Below are positions 30,266 through 39,525 of a stretch of DNA of 64,000 nucleotides, piece after piece. Under the pieces are notes generated by a model. That model was not told the origin of the DNA, searched no databases, and saw nothing but the letters and a program-made list of their open reading frames with translations. The DNA lies in NCBI GenBank assembly GCA_963735035.1, contig CAVTJJ010000006.1, forward strand, positions 288,001 through 352,000, in the 5' to 3' direction. Positions within the stretch are counted from its first letter, which is position 1, and each line of letters begins with the position of its first letter. The DNA comes from an uncultured candidate division Zixibacteria bacterium (GTDB lineage Bacteria; Zixibacteria; MSB-5A5; GN15; FEB-12). The translations under genes and the position numbers were made by a program.

Positions 30266-31615
30266 ATGGGCAAGAAGAAAATTATCATCATGGGCGCTGC
30301 CGGACGCGATTTTCACAATTTCAATGTGCTCTATCGCGATAACGCCTCGGTCGAAGTCGTGGCCTTCACAGCGACCCAGATTCCCGATATCCAGGGCCGC
30401 AAGTATCCGAAAGTACTGGCAGGCAAACTCTACCCGAACGGTATTCCGATCTACGACGAAAGCGAACTGCTCGAACTGATCGCGAAGCATCGGCCGGACG
30501 AAGTTATCTTTTCCTATTCCGACGTGCCATATCAGTACGTGATGGAGAAAGCAGCTTATGTCATGGCGGCCGGGGCGCGTTTTGCTATGGAAGGCTCGCT
30601 TCCCACGCAGATCCAGTCCTCCAAGCCGGTGATCTCGGTTTGCGCGATTCGCACCGGGTGTGGCAAGTCGCAGACGACCCGTCGCGTGGCCGAAGTGCTT
30701 CAGGCGATGGGCAAGAAGGTAGTTGCGATCCGTCACCCTATGCCTTACGGCGATCTGAGCAAGCAAATCTGCCAGCGATTTGGCAATTTGAAAGACCTCG
30801 ACAAGCACAAATGCACGATTGAAGAACGCGAAGAGTACGAACCGCACATCGTGCGCGGCGTGACCGTTTACGCCGGTGTCGACTACGAGACGATCATACG
30901 TGAGGCCGAGAAAGAGGCCGACGTGATCCTTTGGGACGGCGGCAACAACGATATGTCGTTCTATCGGACTGATTTCCAGTTCACCGTCGTCGATCCGCAC
31001 CGGCCGGGACACGAACTTAGCTACTATCCGGGTCAGGTGAATCTATTGCGGGCCGATGCTATCGTGATCAACAAGATCGATTCGGCCGACAGCGACGGTA
31101 TCGCTGAAGTGCGCGAGAACGTTGCGGCTTACAATCCGCGCGCCATCGTTATCGACGCTGCGTCGCCGATCCACGTCGACAAGCCGGAATTGATCCGTGG
31201 CAAGCGCGTTTTGGTGGTCGAGGACGGCCCGACGCTTACTCACGGTGGTATGCAGTACGGCGCCGGCATCGTTGCGGCCAACAAATACGGTGCGGCCGAA
31301 CTGGTCGACCCGAGACCGTTTACGGTCAAGTCGATTTCCAAGACTTTCGAAAAATACCCCGAAATCGGCATTCTACTCCCGGCCATGGGGTACGGCGATC
31401 TGCAGGTCAAGGACCTGGAGACGACTATCAATCGTACTGAGTGCGATGCGGTGGTTATCGCCACGCCGATAGATCTAAGCCGGATTATGAGCATCAAACA
31501 CCCGACTACGCGCGTAGAATACTCGCTTCAGGAGATCGGGACGCCCGATGTGGCGTCAGTTCTCGGCGACTTCTTCTCGCGTAAGGGTGCGAAGAAGGAA
31601 AGCCGGAAGAAGTGA
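30266..31615 (+). CDS. arcE: cDPG-synthetase-like P-loop protein; probable arginine synthetase (ArcE family)
   Basis: GAAGRDFHNFN, AFTATQIPDI.GR.YP, RTGCGKSQ, RHPMPYG, EEREEYEPH, WDGGNND, EDGPTLTHG, PAMGYG; next to carbamate kinase. Confidence 0.75.
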   Translation: MGKKKIIIMGAAGRDFHNFNVLYRDNASVEVVAFTATQIPDIQGRKYPKVLAGKLYPNGIPIYDESELLELIAKHRPDEVIFSYSDVPYQYVMEKAAYVMAAGARFAMEGSLPTQIQSSKPVISVCAIRTGCGKSQTTRRVAEVLQAMGKKVVAIRHPMPYGDLSKQICQRFGNLKDLDKHKCTIEEREEYEPHIVRGVTVYAGVDYETIIREAEKEADVILWDGGNNDMSFYRTDFQFTVVDPHRPGHELSYYPGQVNLLRADAIVINKIDSADSDGIAEVRENVAAYNPRAIVIDAASPIHVDKPELIRGKRVLVVEDGPTLTHGGMQYGAGIVAANKYGAAELVDPRPFTVKSISKTFEKYPEIGILLPAMGYGDLQVKDLETTINRTECDAVVIATPIDLSRIMSIKHPTTRVEYSLQEIGTPDVASVLGDFFSRKGAKKESRKK

Positions 31616-31693
31616 GGTTGCTGTTCGACGGGCCGGCTTCGGTCGGCCCGCCGCATTCTGAAAGATCCGATGTCACAGGTTGGAAGTCATCCC

Positions 31694-32641
31694 ATGACGG
31701 ATAGAAAGAAAGCGGTGGTGGCCCTGGGGGGGAATGCCATCACGAAACCGGGTGTCGAAGATACCATCGCGAACCAGTTTCGCCACACGCGCGAATCGCT
31801 AGACGGGATAGTCGAATTGATTCGCGAAGGGTACGATCTGGTAGTGACTCACGGTAACGGCCCCCAGGTGGGTAACGCGCTACTTAGGATTGAAGTGGCG
31901 AGAGGCAAAGCGCCAATCCTTCCGCTCGGAGTACTCGTAGCCGACACCGAGGGCGGCATGGGCTACATGATTCAACAATCGTTGGCGAACCGGTTGCGCG
32001 ATGAGGGTCTCGAACGTCCGGTGATTACAATGATTACACAAGTGCTGGTCGATCCAAACGACCGCGCCATCGCCGACCCCTCGAAGTTCATCGGTCAGTT
32101 TTACACCGAAGACGAAGCTAAGTCATTTACCGAGACCCGTGGCTGGCAGATGAAGAAGGATTCGAATCGCGGTTGGCGGCGCGTGGTGCCGTCACCGACT
32201 CCGCTTCGTACGATCGAAGCGGGCACGATCAGGCAACTGGTCGATTCCGGCTCGGTCGTTATTGCGGCCGGCGGAGGTGGTATCCCGATCTATATCGACT
32301 ATCGCAAATGGTATGAAGGTATCGATGCCGTCATTGATAAGGACCTCGCGTCGGCGCTTCTCGCATCCGAAATCGGAGCGGGAATTCTCTCGATCCTGAC
32401 TTCGGTCGATGCCGTGGCTGTGAATTTCGGCACGCCGCAGCAGAAGAATCTGAGCGAGGTCACTCTGGCCGAAATCAAGAAGTTGCACGCCGAGGGACAA
32501 TTTCCGCCGGGGTCGATGGGCCCCAAGATTCTGGCTGCAATCAAGTTTCTCGAAAGCGGCGGTGAAGTCGTAACGATTACGTCCTTTCAGAATGCCGCCA
32601 AATCACTTAAGGGAGAAGCGGGTACTCGCATAGTGCGCTAA
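31694..32641 (+). CDS. arcC: Carbamate kinase
   Basis: ALGGNA, THGNGPQVG, GWRRVVPSP, GGGGIP, AVIDKD, GSMGPK. Confidence 0.93.
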   Translation: MTDRKKAVVALGGNAITKPGVEDTIANQFRHTRESLDGIVELIREGYDLVVTHGNGPQVGNALLRIEVARGKAPILPLGVLVADTEGGMGYMIQQSLANRLRDEGLERPVITMITQVLVDPNDRAIADPSKFIGQFYTEDEAKSFTETRGWQMKKDSNRGWRRVVPSPTPLRTIEAGTIRQLVDSGSVVIAAGGGGIPIYIDYRKWYEGIDAVIDKDLASALLASEIGAGILSILTSVDAVAVNFGTPQQKNLSEVTLAEIKKLHAEGQFPPGSMGPKILAAIKFLESGGEVVTITSFQNAAKSLKGEAGTRIVR

Positions 32642-32646
32642 GTATC

Positions 32647-34038
32647 ATGTGCAGACTCTCCCCACAAATGGTTGCTGAAGTGATATCACACGGTCGTATA
32701 TACGAAGTTGGCGGGGCGGTGCGAGATCGCTTTCTGCATCCGGATATAGAAGTAAAGGACCGCGACTACCTGGTCACCGGCATACCCTACGACGAACTGA
32801 CCGCGATTCTCCGGCGGCACGGGCGGGTTGATCTGGTGGGCAAGAGCTTTGGCGTCATAAAATTCACGCAGTTCGTGGGCGACAAATCCCACACCTTTGA
32901 TATTACGTTGCCCCGTCGCGAGCACTCTACCGGTGTCGGCCACAAGGACTTCGAAGTCAATTTCGATCCCGCGCTGCCGGTCGAAGAAGACCTCACCCGG
33001 CGCGACTTTACGATCAACGCCATGGCGATTGAGCTAAGCGGCGACCGCCTGGTTGACCCGCTCAATGGAATGGCCGACCTGAAGAAGCGCCTTCTGCGCA
33101 TGACCACGCCGGATTCATTCAAAGAAGACCCCCTGCGAATGCTACGTGCGGTACAGTTTGCAGCTCGATTTGATCTCGACATTGAACCGGTAACACGGGC
33201 AGCGTTGGAGTCATCGACAAATCTGATCTCCTCTATCTCGGCTGAGAGAATCGCGGAAGAGTTGACTAAGCTGCTTACTCTATCTGAGAAACCCTCGCAA
33301 GGTCTTCGCCTGATGCAGCAAACCGGTTTGATGCGACTGATTCTGCCCGAACTGGAAGTCGGGGTGGGGGTGGATCAGCCGGGCGGATATCATGCTTACG
33401 ATGTTTTTGAGCACTCGATGCGCTGTATCGACGCCTGCCCGCCCAGGCTGCATCTTCGCCTGGCTGCCCTGTTTCACGATATCGAGAAGCCGCGCTCCAA
33501 GCGATTGGTCGAAGACGGCGCTACGTTCTACGGGCACGAAGTCATGGGGGCGGATACGGCCCACGACGTGCTCACTCGCCTCCGGTTCTCTAACGATCTA
33601 ATCGCGCAGGTAGTAACTTTGGTCGAGCGGCACATGTTTACAACGGCCGTTACCGACAAGGGGCTGCGTCGATTGGTTCGCAAGGTCGGGGTCGAACTGA
33701 TTTTCGACCTGCTCGATCTGCGCCGGGCGGACGTAATCGCTCAGGGTATGGGCGGGAAGACTGACGATGTTGACGTATTCGAAGAACAAATCCGAGAAGA
33801 ATTATCACATAAACCCCCGTTCAGCTACTCTGATCTCGCTCTGAACGGTCACGATATCATGAAAATGTTCGGGATATCGCCCGGACCGAAAGTCGGTGAC
33901 GTGTTGGAGTATCTGATGGAACAGGTGCTGGATAATCCGTCCAGTAACACCAAGGAAGTACTTGAAAGTTTGGCCCGCGCGTATTATCAAAGGCGGACTG
34001 TGAATAGCGTAACAGGCAGCGAGGAAAACGTTCTATGA
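32647..34038 (+). CDS. CCA-adding enzyme / poly(A) polymerase family nucleotidyltransferase with HD domain
   Basis: VGGAVRD..KDRD, DLTRRDFTINAMA, EDPLRMLRA, ERIAEEL, LFHDIEK, FYGHE. Confidence 0.88.
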   Translation: MCRLSPQMVAEVISHGRIYEVGGAVRDRFLHPDIEVKDRDYLVTGIPYDELTAILRRHGRVDLVGKSFGVIKFTQFVGDKSHTFDITLPRREHSTGVGHKDFEVNFDPALPVEEDLTRRDFTINAMAIELSGDRLVDPLNGMADLKKRLLRMTTPDSFKEDPLRMLRAVQFAARFDLDIEPVTRAALESSTNLISSISAERIAEELTKLLTLSEKPSQGLRLMQQTGLMRLILPELEVGVGVDQPGGYHAYDVFEHSMRCIDACPPRLHLRLAALFHDIEKPRSKRLVEDGATFYGHEVMGADTAHDVLTRLRFSNDLIAQVVTLVERHMFTTAVTDKGLRRLVRKVGVELIFDLLDLRRADVIAQGMGGKTDDVDVFEEQIREELSHKPPFSYSDLALNGHDIMKMFGISPGPKVGDVLEYLMEQVLDNPSSNTKEVLESLARAYYQRRTVNSVTGSEENVL

Positions 34039-35174
34039 AAGTACATGAATATCAGGCAAGACAGATGTTTGCGGACAGTGGCGTACCGGTTCCCCCCGGT
34101 GAAATCGCCACTACGAGCGCCGAAGCCGCAGATATAGCGATCCGCTATAACAAGCCGGTCATGGTGAAAGCCCAGGTTCTGGTAGGCGGGCGCGGTAAAG
34201 CCGGCGGCGTGAAATACGCCGAGAATGCCGAAGCTGCCCGCGTGCTGGCGACGAAGATTCTCGGGATGGACATCAAGGGCGAAACCGTCCGCAAAGTGCT
34301 CATCTCCGAAGCGGTCGATATCCTCTCTGAATCCTATGTCGGTATCGTGCTCGATCGCGCTGCTCAGAAACCGTTGATTATGGTTTCATCGGCGGGCGGA
34401 GTGGATATCGAGGAAGTAGCCGCCAAGACGCCGGAAAAGATTCACAAGTTGCACGTCGATCCGGTCTATGGCCTTCAGATGCACGAAGCCCGCGAATTGG
34501 CCTACAAGCTCTTCAAGGACGTCGGCCAGGTCCGCAAGGCGGCTGACATTCTGATGAAACTGTATCAGACCTTCTGGGAAGTGGATGCCTCGCTGGTAGA
34601 AATCAACCCGCTGGTCACGATTCCCGGCGGCGATGTAGTCGCAATTGATGCCAAAGTGAACATCGATGACAATGGTCTCTTCCGTCATCCTGAAATCGCG
34701 GCTCTGCGCGACTTGGATGCCGAGAACCCGGCCGAGATGCAAGCCCGCAACGCCGATCTGTCGTTCGTGAAGCTTGAAGGGAGCATCGGTTGTATTGTCA
34801 ACGGCGCCGGACTGGCCATGACCACGATGGACCTGGTGAAGCGTTACGGAGCCGAACCGGCCAACTTTCTCGATATCGGCGGCTCGTCGAATCCGCAAAA
34901 AGTCGTTACGGCCATGCAGATTATTCTCAGCGACCCGAACGTTCGCGCCATCCTTATCAACATCTTCGGCGGTATAACCCGTTGTGACGATGTCGCGACC
35001 GGTATTGTCGAGGCATTTCGCCAGTTGCAGCCGAAGGTTCCGGTGGTCGTAAGATTGACCGGTACCAACGAGAAGGAAGCCAAGCGCATCCTGGCGTCGG
35101 TGAAATTACCGTCGGCGGATACCCTTGACAGCGTAGTAAAGAAGGCGATTGAACTGGCTGGACAGGCCGCGTAA
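34035..35174 (+). CDS. sucC: Succinyl-CoA synthetase beta subunit
   Basis: HEYQA, KAQVLVGGRGKAGGV, EINPL, NGAGLAM, NFLDIGG, NIFGGITRCD. Confidence 0.95.
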   Translation: MKVHEYQARQMFADSGVPVPPGEIATTSAEAADIAIRYNKPVMVKAQVLVGGRGKAGGVKYAENAEAARVLATKILGMDIKGETVRKVLISEAVDILSESYVGIVLDRAAQKPLIMVSSAGGVDIEEVAAKTPEKIHKLHVDPVYGLQMHEARELAYKLFKDVGQVRKAADILMKLYQTFWEVDASLVEINPLVTIPGGDVVAIDAKVNIDDNGLFRHPEIAALRDLDAENPAEMQARNADLSFVKLEGSIGCIVNGAGLAMTTMDLVKRYGAEPANFLDIGGSSNPQKVVTAMQIILSDPNVRAILINIFGGITRCDDVATGIVEAFRQLQPKVPVVVRLTGTNEKEAKRILASVKLPSADTLDSVVKKAIELAGQAA

Positions 35175-35201
35175 GAACCCGGCTGAGAGGAACGAAATAA
35201 A

Positions 35202-36191
35202 ATGGCAATATTCATAGACAAGAATTCGACTGTAATCGTGCAGGGCATCACGGGCCGCGACGGTTCGTTTCATGCCGAGCAGATGAAGAAATACGGAACG
35301 CGCGTGGTCGGTGGCGTTACCCCCGGCAAAGGCGGTTCCAAGATTAACGGCATCCCCGTATTCAACACCATGAAGGAAGCGGTAGAGAAGACCAAAGCCA
35401 ACACGTCGGTCATTTATGTTCCGCCGTCGTTTGCGGTTGATGCGATTTACGAAGCGGTTTCGGCCGGTATCAAGTTGGTCGTCTGTGTGACCGAAGGTCT
35501 CCCGGCCAACGACATGATGAAAGTCGTGCCGTATGTGAAGAAACATGGCGCCCGCCTGATCGGACCGAACTGCCCTGGCTTGATTTCTCCCGGGATGTCC
35601 AAAGTTGGCATTTTGCCGGGTACGATTGTCAAGCAGGGCAATATCGGTGTCGTGTCGCGCTCTGGCACGCTCACCTATGAAGCGATCTGGGCCCTAACTC
35701 AGGCTGGGATGGGCCAGACGAGCTGTGTGGGTATCGGTGGCGACCAGGTGATCGGCACCAATTTTATCGACTGTCTCCAGGCGTTTCAGGCTGATGCCAG
35801 CACGAAGGGAATCGTTATGATCGGTGAGATCGGCGGTTCAGACGAGGAAGAGGCGGCCAGGTATATTAAGAAGCACGTCACCAAGCCGGTCGTGGCTTTT
35901 ATCGCAGGCCAGACCGCCCCTCCCGGCAAGCGGATGGGCCATGCGGGTGCGATTGTCTCCGGCGGCTCAGGCACGGCCGAGGGTAAGATCAAGGCTTTGA
36001 ATGCAGCGGGCGTCCCGGTAGCGGGATCACCGACTGAACTTCCGGGACTCATGCTGCAAGCCTTCAAGAAGGGTAAAGCAAAGCCAGCCACCGGAACCAA
36101 GAAGACCGCCAAGCCGGCTGCCAAGAGCGCCAAGAAGCCCTCGGGCAAGAAGGCGGCCAAGCCAACTAAGAAGACTGCAAGAAAGAAGTAA
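35202..36191 (+). CDS. sucD: Succinyl-CoA synthetase alpha subunit with a basic Lys/Ala C-terminal tail
   Basis: [34 protein letters not shown]. Confidence 0.95.
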   Translation: MAIFIDKNSTVIVQGITGRDGSFHAEQMKKYGTRVVGGVTPGKGGSKINGIPVFNTMKEAVEKTKANTSVIYVPPSFAVDAIYEAVSAGIKLVVCVTEGLPANDMMKVVPYVKKHGARLIGPNCPGLISPGMSKVGILPGTIVKQGNIGVVSRSGTLTYEAIWALTQAGMGQTSCVGIGGDQVIGTNFIDCLQAFQADASTKGIVMIGEIGGSDEEEAARYIKKHVTKPVVAFIAGQTAPPGKRMGHAGAIVSGGSGTAEGKIKALNAAGVPVAGSPTELPGLMLQAFKKGKAKPATGTKKTAKPAAKSAKKPSGKKAAKPTKKTARKK

Positions 36192-36246
36192 CTCTGTTTG
36201 ATAAGCATTTGCTGCGTTGAAGAAGCACACGGTGCGAGGAGATGAA

Positions 36247-36510
36247 ATGAGTACGTCAGACGCCACCAATGAGGCCAAAGAGCGGCCAGGTCCACAGTCC
36301 AAGTATGACTACAAGAACGGACCTCCGCCTGTGACCATCAATATGAAGTGGTGCAAGGCCTGCAATATATGCATCGCCCTTTGTCCCAAGGATGTTTTCG
36401 AACCCAATCGCGACGGTAAGCCGATCATAGCACGAGCCGAGAATTGTACCCAGTGTACGATCTGCTGGGTGCACTGCCCTGACCTGGCCATTACCAGCAA
36501 CTACAAGTAG
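36247..36510 (+). CDS. korD: 2-oxoacid:ferredoxin oxidoreductase delta subunit (2x[4Fe-4S])
   Basis: [12 protein letters not shown] and [13 protein letters not shown]; position upstream of korA. Confidence 0.85.
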   Translation: MSTSDATNEAKERPGPQSKYDYKNGPPPVTINMKWCKACNICIALCPKDVFEPNRDGKPIIARAENCTQCTICWVHCPDLAITSNYK

Positions 36511-36522
36511 GAAGGCAGGTCC

Positions 36523-37659
36523 ATGGCCAAGAAAGAACGTGTTATAGTTATGGGCAACCAGGCCGTCGTCCTGGGCGCCATATACGCCGGCATGCGTTTC
36601 TATGCCGGTTATCCCATTACGCCGTCGACCGAGGTAGCCGAAGGGTGCGCCCGCGAGCTGCCCAAAATCGGTGGACGGTTCATTCAGATGGAAGACGAAA
36701 TCGGTTCCATTGCCGCCGTGGTCGGCGCGTCGGTGTCCGGCTTCAAGGCGATGACCGCCACTTCGGGTCCCGGCTACTCGCTTATGGTCGAGAATATCGG
36801 CTATGCGTATATGACCGAGACTCCGCTGGTGGTAGTCAACGTGCAGCGCGGCGGTCCTTCGACCGGTCTCCCGACCAAAGTCAGTCAGTCCGATACCATG
36901 CAGGCCCAGTGGGGTCCGCACGGCGACTATACGGCGATCGCAGTAGCCCCGTCGACCATCTACGAGACTTTCACCGAGACGGTAAGGGCCTTCAATCTGG
37001 CGGAGCGTTTTCGCACCCCGGTGACGATCCTTCTGGACGAAGTCATCGCGCACTCGCGCCAGGTGATTACGCTTCCGGAGCCGGGCGAACTGGAAGTTTT
37101 CAATCGTGTCAAGCCGACCTGCGCGCCGGAGGATTTCGAAGCGTTCGCCATGACCGAGAACCTGGTTTCTCCGATGCCGGCCTACGGCGACGGTTATCGC
37201 TACGTCTGCACCGGTCTGACGCACGACACCCACGGGTTTACCACCAACCGGGCGGATGAAATCCAGCCCAAGTTGTACAAGCTTCGTCATAAGATTGTCA
37301 ACTACCGCGATGAGACGGTCAAGCTCCGCGATGAATACATGGATGACGCCGAGATTGCGTTCATATCCTACGGTTCTGTGGCGCGGGCCGCTCTGCAAGC
37401 GACGGATATCGCCCGCAAGGTAGGAGCGAAGGTCGGGGCCGTGCAGCTCTTCACGATCTGGCCGTTCCCTGATGAGCAGATTCGCCAGCTCTGTGGCCGC
37501 TGCCGCAAGGTGATCGTGGGCGAATTGAACATGGGGCAGATCGTAAATGAAGTTCGTCGGGTGCTGCCCCGCGATATCGAAGTACACAGCCTGCTGCGCT
37601 ACGATGGTGAAATTCTGACGCCAATGCAGTTGGTTGAGAAACTGGAGGAAGTGATCTGA
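36523..37659 (+). CDS. korA: 2-oxoglutarate:ferredoxin oxidoreductase alpha subunit
   Basis: GYPITPSTE, QMEDEI, TATSGPG, QRGGPSTGLPT. Confidence 0.9.
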   Translation: MAKKERVIVMGNQAVVLGAIYAGMRFYAGYPITPSTEVAEGCARELPKIGGRFIQMEDEIGSIAAVVGASVSGFKAMTATSGPGYSLMVENIGYAYMTETPLVVVNVQRGGPSTGLPTKVSQSDTMQAQWGPHGDYTAIAVAPSTIYETFTETVRAFNLAERFRTPVTILLDEVIAHSRQVITLPEPGELEVFNRVKPTCAPEDFEAFAMTENLVSPMPAYGDGYRYVCTGLTHDTHGFTTNRADEIQPKLYKLRHKIVNYRDETVKLRDEYMDDAEIAFISYGSVARAALQATDIARKVGAKVGAVQLFTIWPFPDEQIRQLCGRCRKVIVGELNMGQIVNEVRRVLPRDIEVHSLLRYDGEILTPMQLVEKLEEVI

Positions 37660-38513
37660 TGAGCACCGTTACCAAAGATCAGGAAAAGCAACGCTCGGAT
37701 GTCATGCTGAAGTACCTCCGGCCCCGCAAGTCGATGCCTACGGTCTGGTGTGCCGGCTGCGGCAATGGAATTGTCATGTCGGCCATTATCAGGGCGGTGG
37801 ACAATCTGGGTTTGTCGAAGGACAATGTCGTGATGGTATCCGGTATCGGCTGCTCCAGCCGTATGCCGATCTATCTCGACTTCAACGCCTTGCACACCAC
37901 TCACGGCCGCGCACTCGGGTTCGCGACCGGCGTTAAGTTCGCCCGTCCCGACTTGAAAGTGATCGTGATCACGGGCGACGGCGATGCCCTGGCTATCGGC
38001 GGGAATCATTTCATTCACGCCTGCCGCCGCAATATCGACATCACAACCGTCTTGATTAACAACAACATTTACGGCATGACCGGCGGCCAGGGATCGCCCA
38101 CGACTCCGGCGCATGCCTTTTCGACAACCACACCGTACGGTAACTCCGAAAAGCAGTTCGATCCCTGTGGCCTGGCCACGGCGGCTGGGGCCTCGTTTGT
38201 CGGACGCGGGACGGTTTACCATACGCCGCAGCTGGAGAAACTGATCATGCAGGCTATACAGCATCGCGGTTTCTCTCTGGTGGAAGCGATTTCCAACTGC
38301 CACACCTACTACGGGCGGCTTAACAAACAGGGCGACGCCGTCATGATGATCAATGACTTCAAGGATCGAGCTATACCACTCGCCCGGGCGCAGAAGATGA
38401 CGCCGGAAGAGCTCAAAGGGAAGCACGTTATCGGAGTGTTGCATGAGGACGACCGCACTGAATTCTGCGACGTGTATGATTCCATGATGACGCAGATGAA
38501 GGGAGGCAAGTAA
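37659..38513 (+). CDS. korB: 2-oxoglutarate:ferredoxin oxidoreductase beta subunit
   Basis: WCAGCG, SGIGCS, HGRA, GDGD..IGGNH, NNNIYGMTGGQ. Confidence 0.9.
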   Translation: MSTVTKDQEKQRSDVMLKYLRPRKSMPTVWCAGCGNGIVMSAIIRAVDNLGLSKDNVVMVSGIGCSSRMPIYLDFNALHTTHGRALGFATGVKFARPDLKVIVITGDGDALAIGGNHFIHACRRNIDITTVLINNNIYGMTGGQGSPTTPAHAFSTTTPYGNSEKQFDPCGLATAAGASFVGRGTVYHTPQLEKLIMQAIQHRGFSLVEAISNCHTYYGRLNKQGDAVMMINDFKDRAIPLARAQKMTPEELKGKHVIGVLHEDDRTEFCDVYDSMMTQMKGGK

Positions 38514-38515
38514 CC

Positions 38516-39100
38516 ATGGCAGCCAAGATTCTTGATAAGGTTCAGATCCCTCAGGATCGTTTCGAAATGCGCCTCTCCGGTTCGGGCGGTCAGGGCATGA
38601 TTCTGGCATCGGTGATTTTCGCCGAAGCGATAGGCAAGTCGGACGAACGTAATGTCGTGCAGACTCAGTCGTACGGTCCGGAAGCCCGCGGTGGAGCGTC
38701 CAAATCGGACGTAGTGATTTCCCCGAACGAAATCTACTATCCGAAGGCGATGCAGCTTGACCTGCTTCTGTGCATGACGCAGGAGTCGATGGACAAGTAC
38801 TTCGGGGACCTGAAGCCGAACGGCATTCTGGTCGTAGATACGACGCTTGTCACCGAGATTCCGACTGAGAAGTACTACGGTCTGCCGTTCACGCGCCTGG
38901 CGCGCGAGGAAGCCGGCCATGTCATGGTGGCCAACGTCATCGCACTCGCGGCGATTGCCGAGCTGGCGAACCTGGTCTCGCGTGATGCTCTCACGAACGC
39001 CGTGCTCAGCCGGGCTCCGAAAGGCACGGAAGAGAAGAATCGTAAAGCGATTGAGATCGGCTTTACCGAAGCGGCCAAGCTGAAACGGGAGAAGGGTTGA
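38516..39100 (+). CDS. korC: 2-oxoglutarate:ferredoxin oxidoreductase gamma subunit
   Basis: SGSGGQG, QSYGPEARGGAS. Confidence 0.88.
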   Translation: MAAKILDKVQIPQDRFEMRLSGSGGQGMILASVIFAEAIGKSDERNVVQTQSYGPEARGGASKSDVVISPNEIYYPKAMQLDLLLCMTQESMDKYFGDLKPNGILVVDTTLVTEIPTEKYYGLPFTRLAREEAGHVMVANVIALAAIAELANLVSRDALTNAVLSRAPKGTEEKNRKAIEIGFTEAAKLKREKG

Positions 39101-39104
39101 GTTC

Positions 39105-39500
39105 ATGAGTCGGACTTTGTTAATCGTCAAGCCGGATGCAACGCAGCGTCGACTCATCGGGCATGTGGTCAGTCGCCTGGAAAAGGCCGGCTTCCGCATT
39201 GTTGAAATGCGGATGCTGCAATTGACCGAGCAGAAGGCCCGCTCTTTCTACGCCGTGCATGAGGGGAAACCGTTTCTCAACGGCCTGGTGAAGTTTATGA
39301 CCTCCGGGCCGGTCGTTCCCATGGTGCTGGAGAAGGAGAATGCAGTCAATGATCTTCGCGCCCTGATCGGCGCGACCGATCCGAGCAAGGCAGCGTGCGG
39401 GACAATTCGTCAGGAGATTGCTCTCGATATCGAGATGAACTCGGTGCATGCGTCCGACTCGGATGAAAACGCTGTGAAGGAGATCAGCCACTTCTTTTGA
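39105..39500 (+). CDS. ndk: Nucleoside diphosphate kinase
   Basis: IVKPDA, FYAVHEGKPF, MTSGPVV, IGATDP, NSVHASDS. Confidence 0.95.
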   Translation: MSRTLLIVKPDATQRRLIGHVVSRLEKAGFRIVEMRMLQLTEQKARSFYAVHEGKPFLNGLVKFMTSGPVVPMVLEKENAVNDLRALIGATDPSKAACGTIRQEIALDIEMNSVHASDSDENAVKEISHFF

Positions 39501-39525
39501 TATTCGGTGACAGGATTCACCCGCC

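Noticed and set aside
31629..31650. Terminator after arcE (CGGGCCGGC-TTCG-GTCGGCCCG)
   Set aside because: It is a stable hairpin but has no U-tract, and arcC follows closely. It is more likely a stabilising stem.
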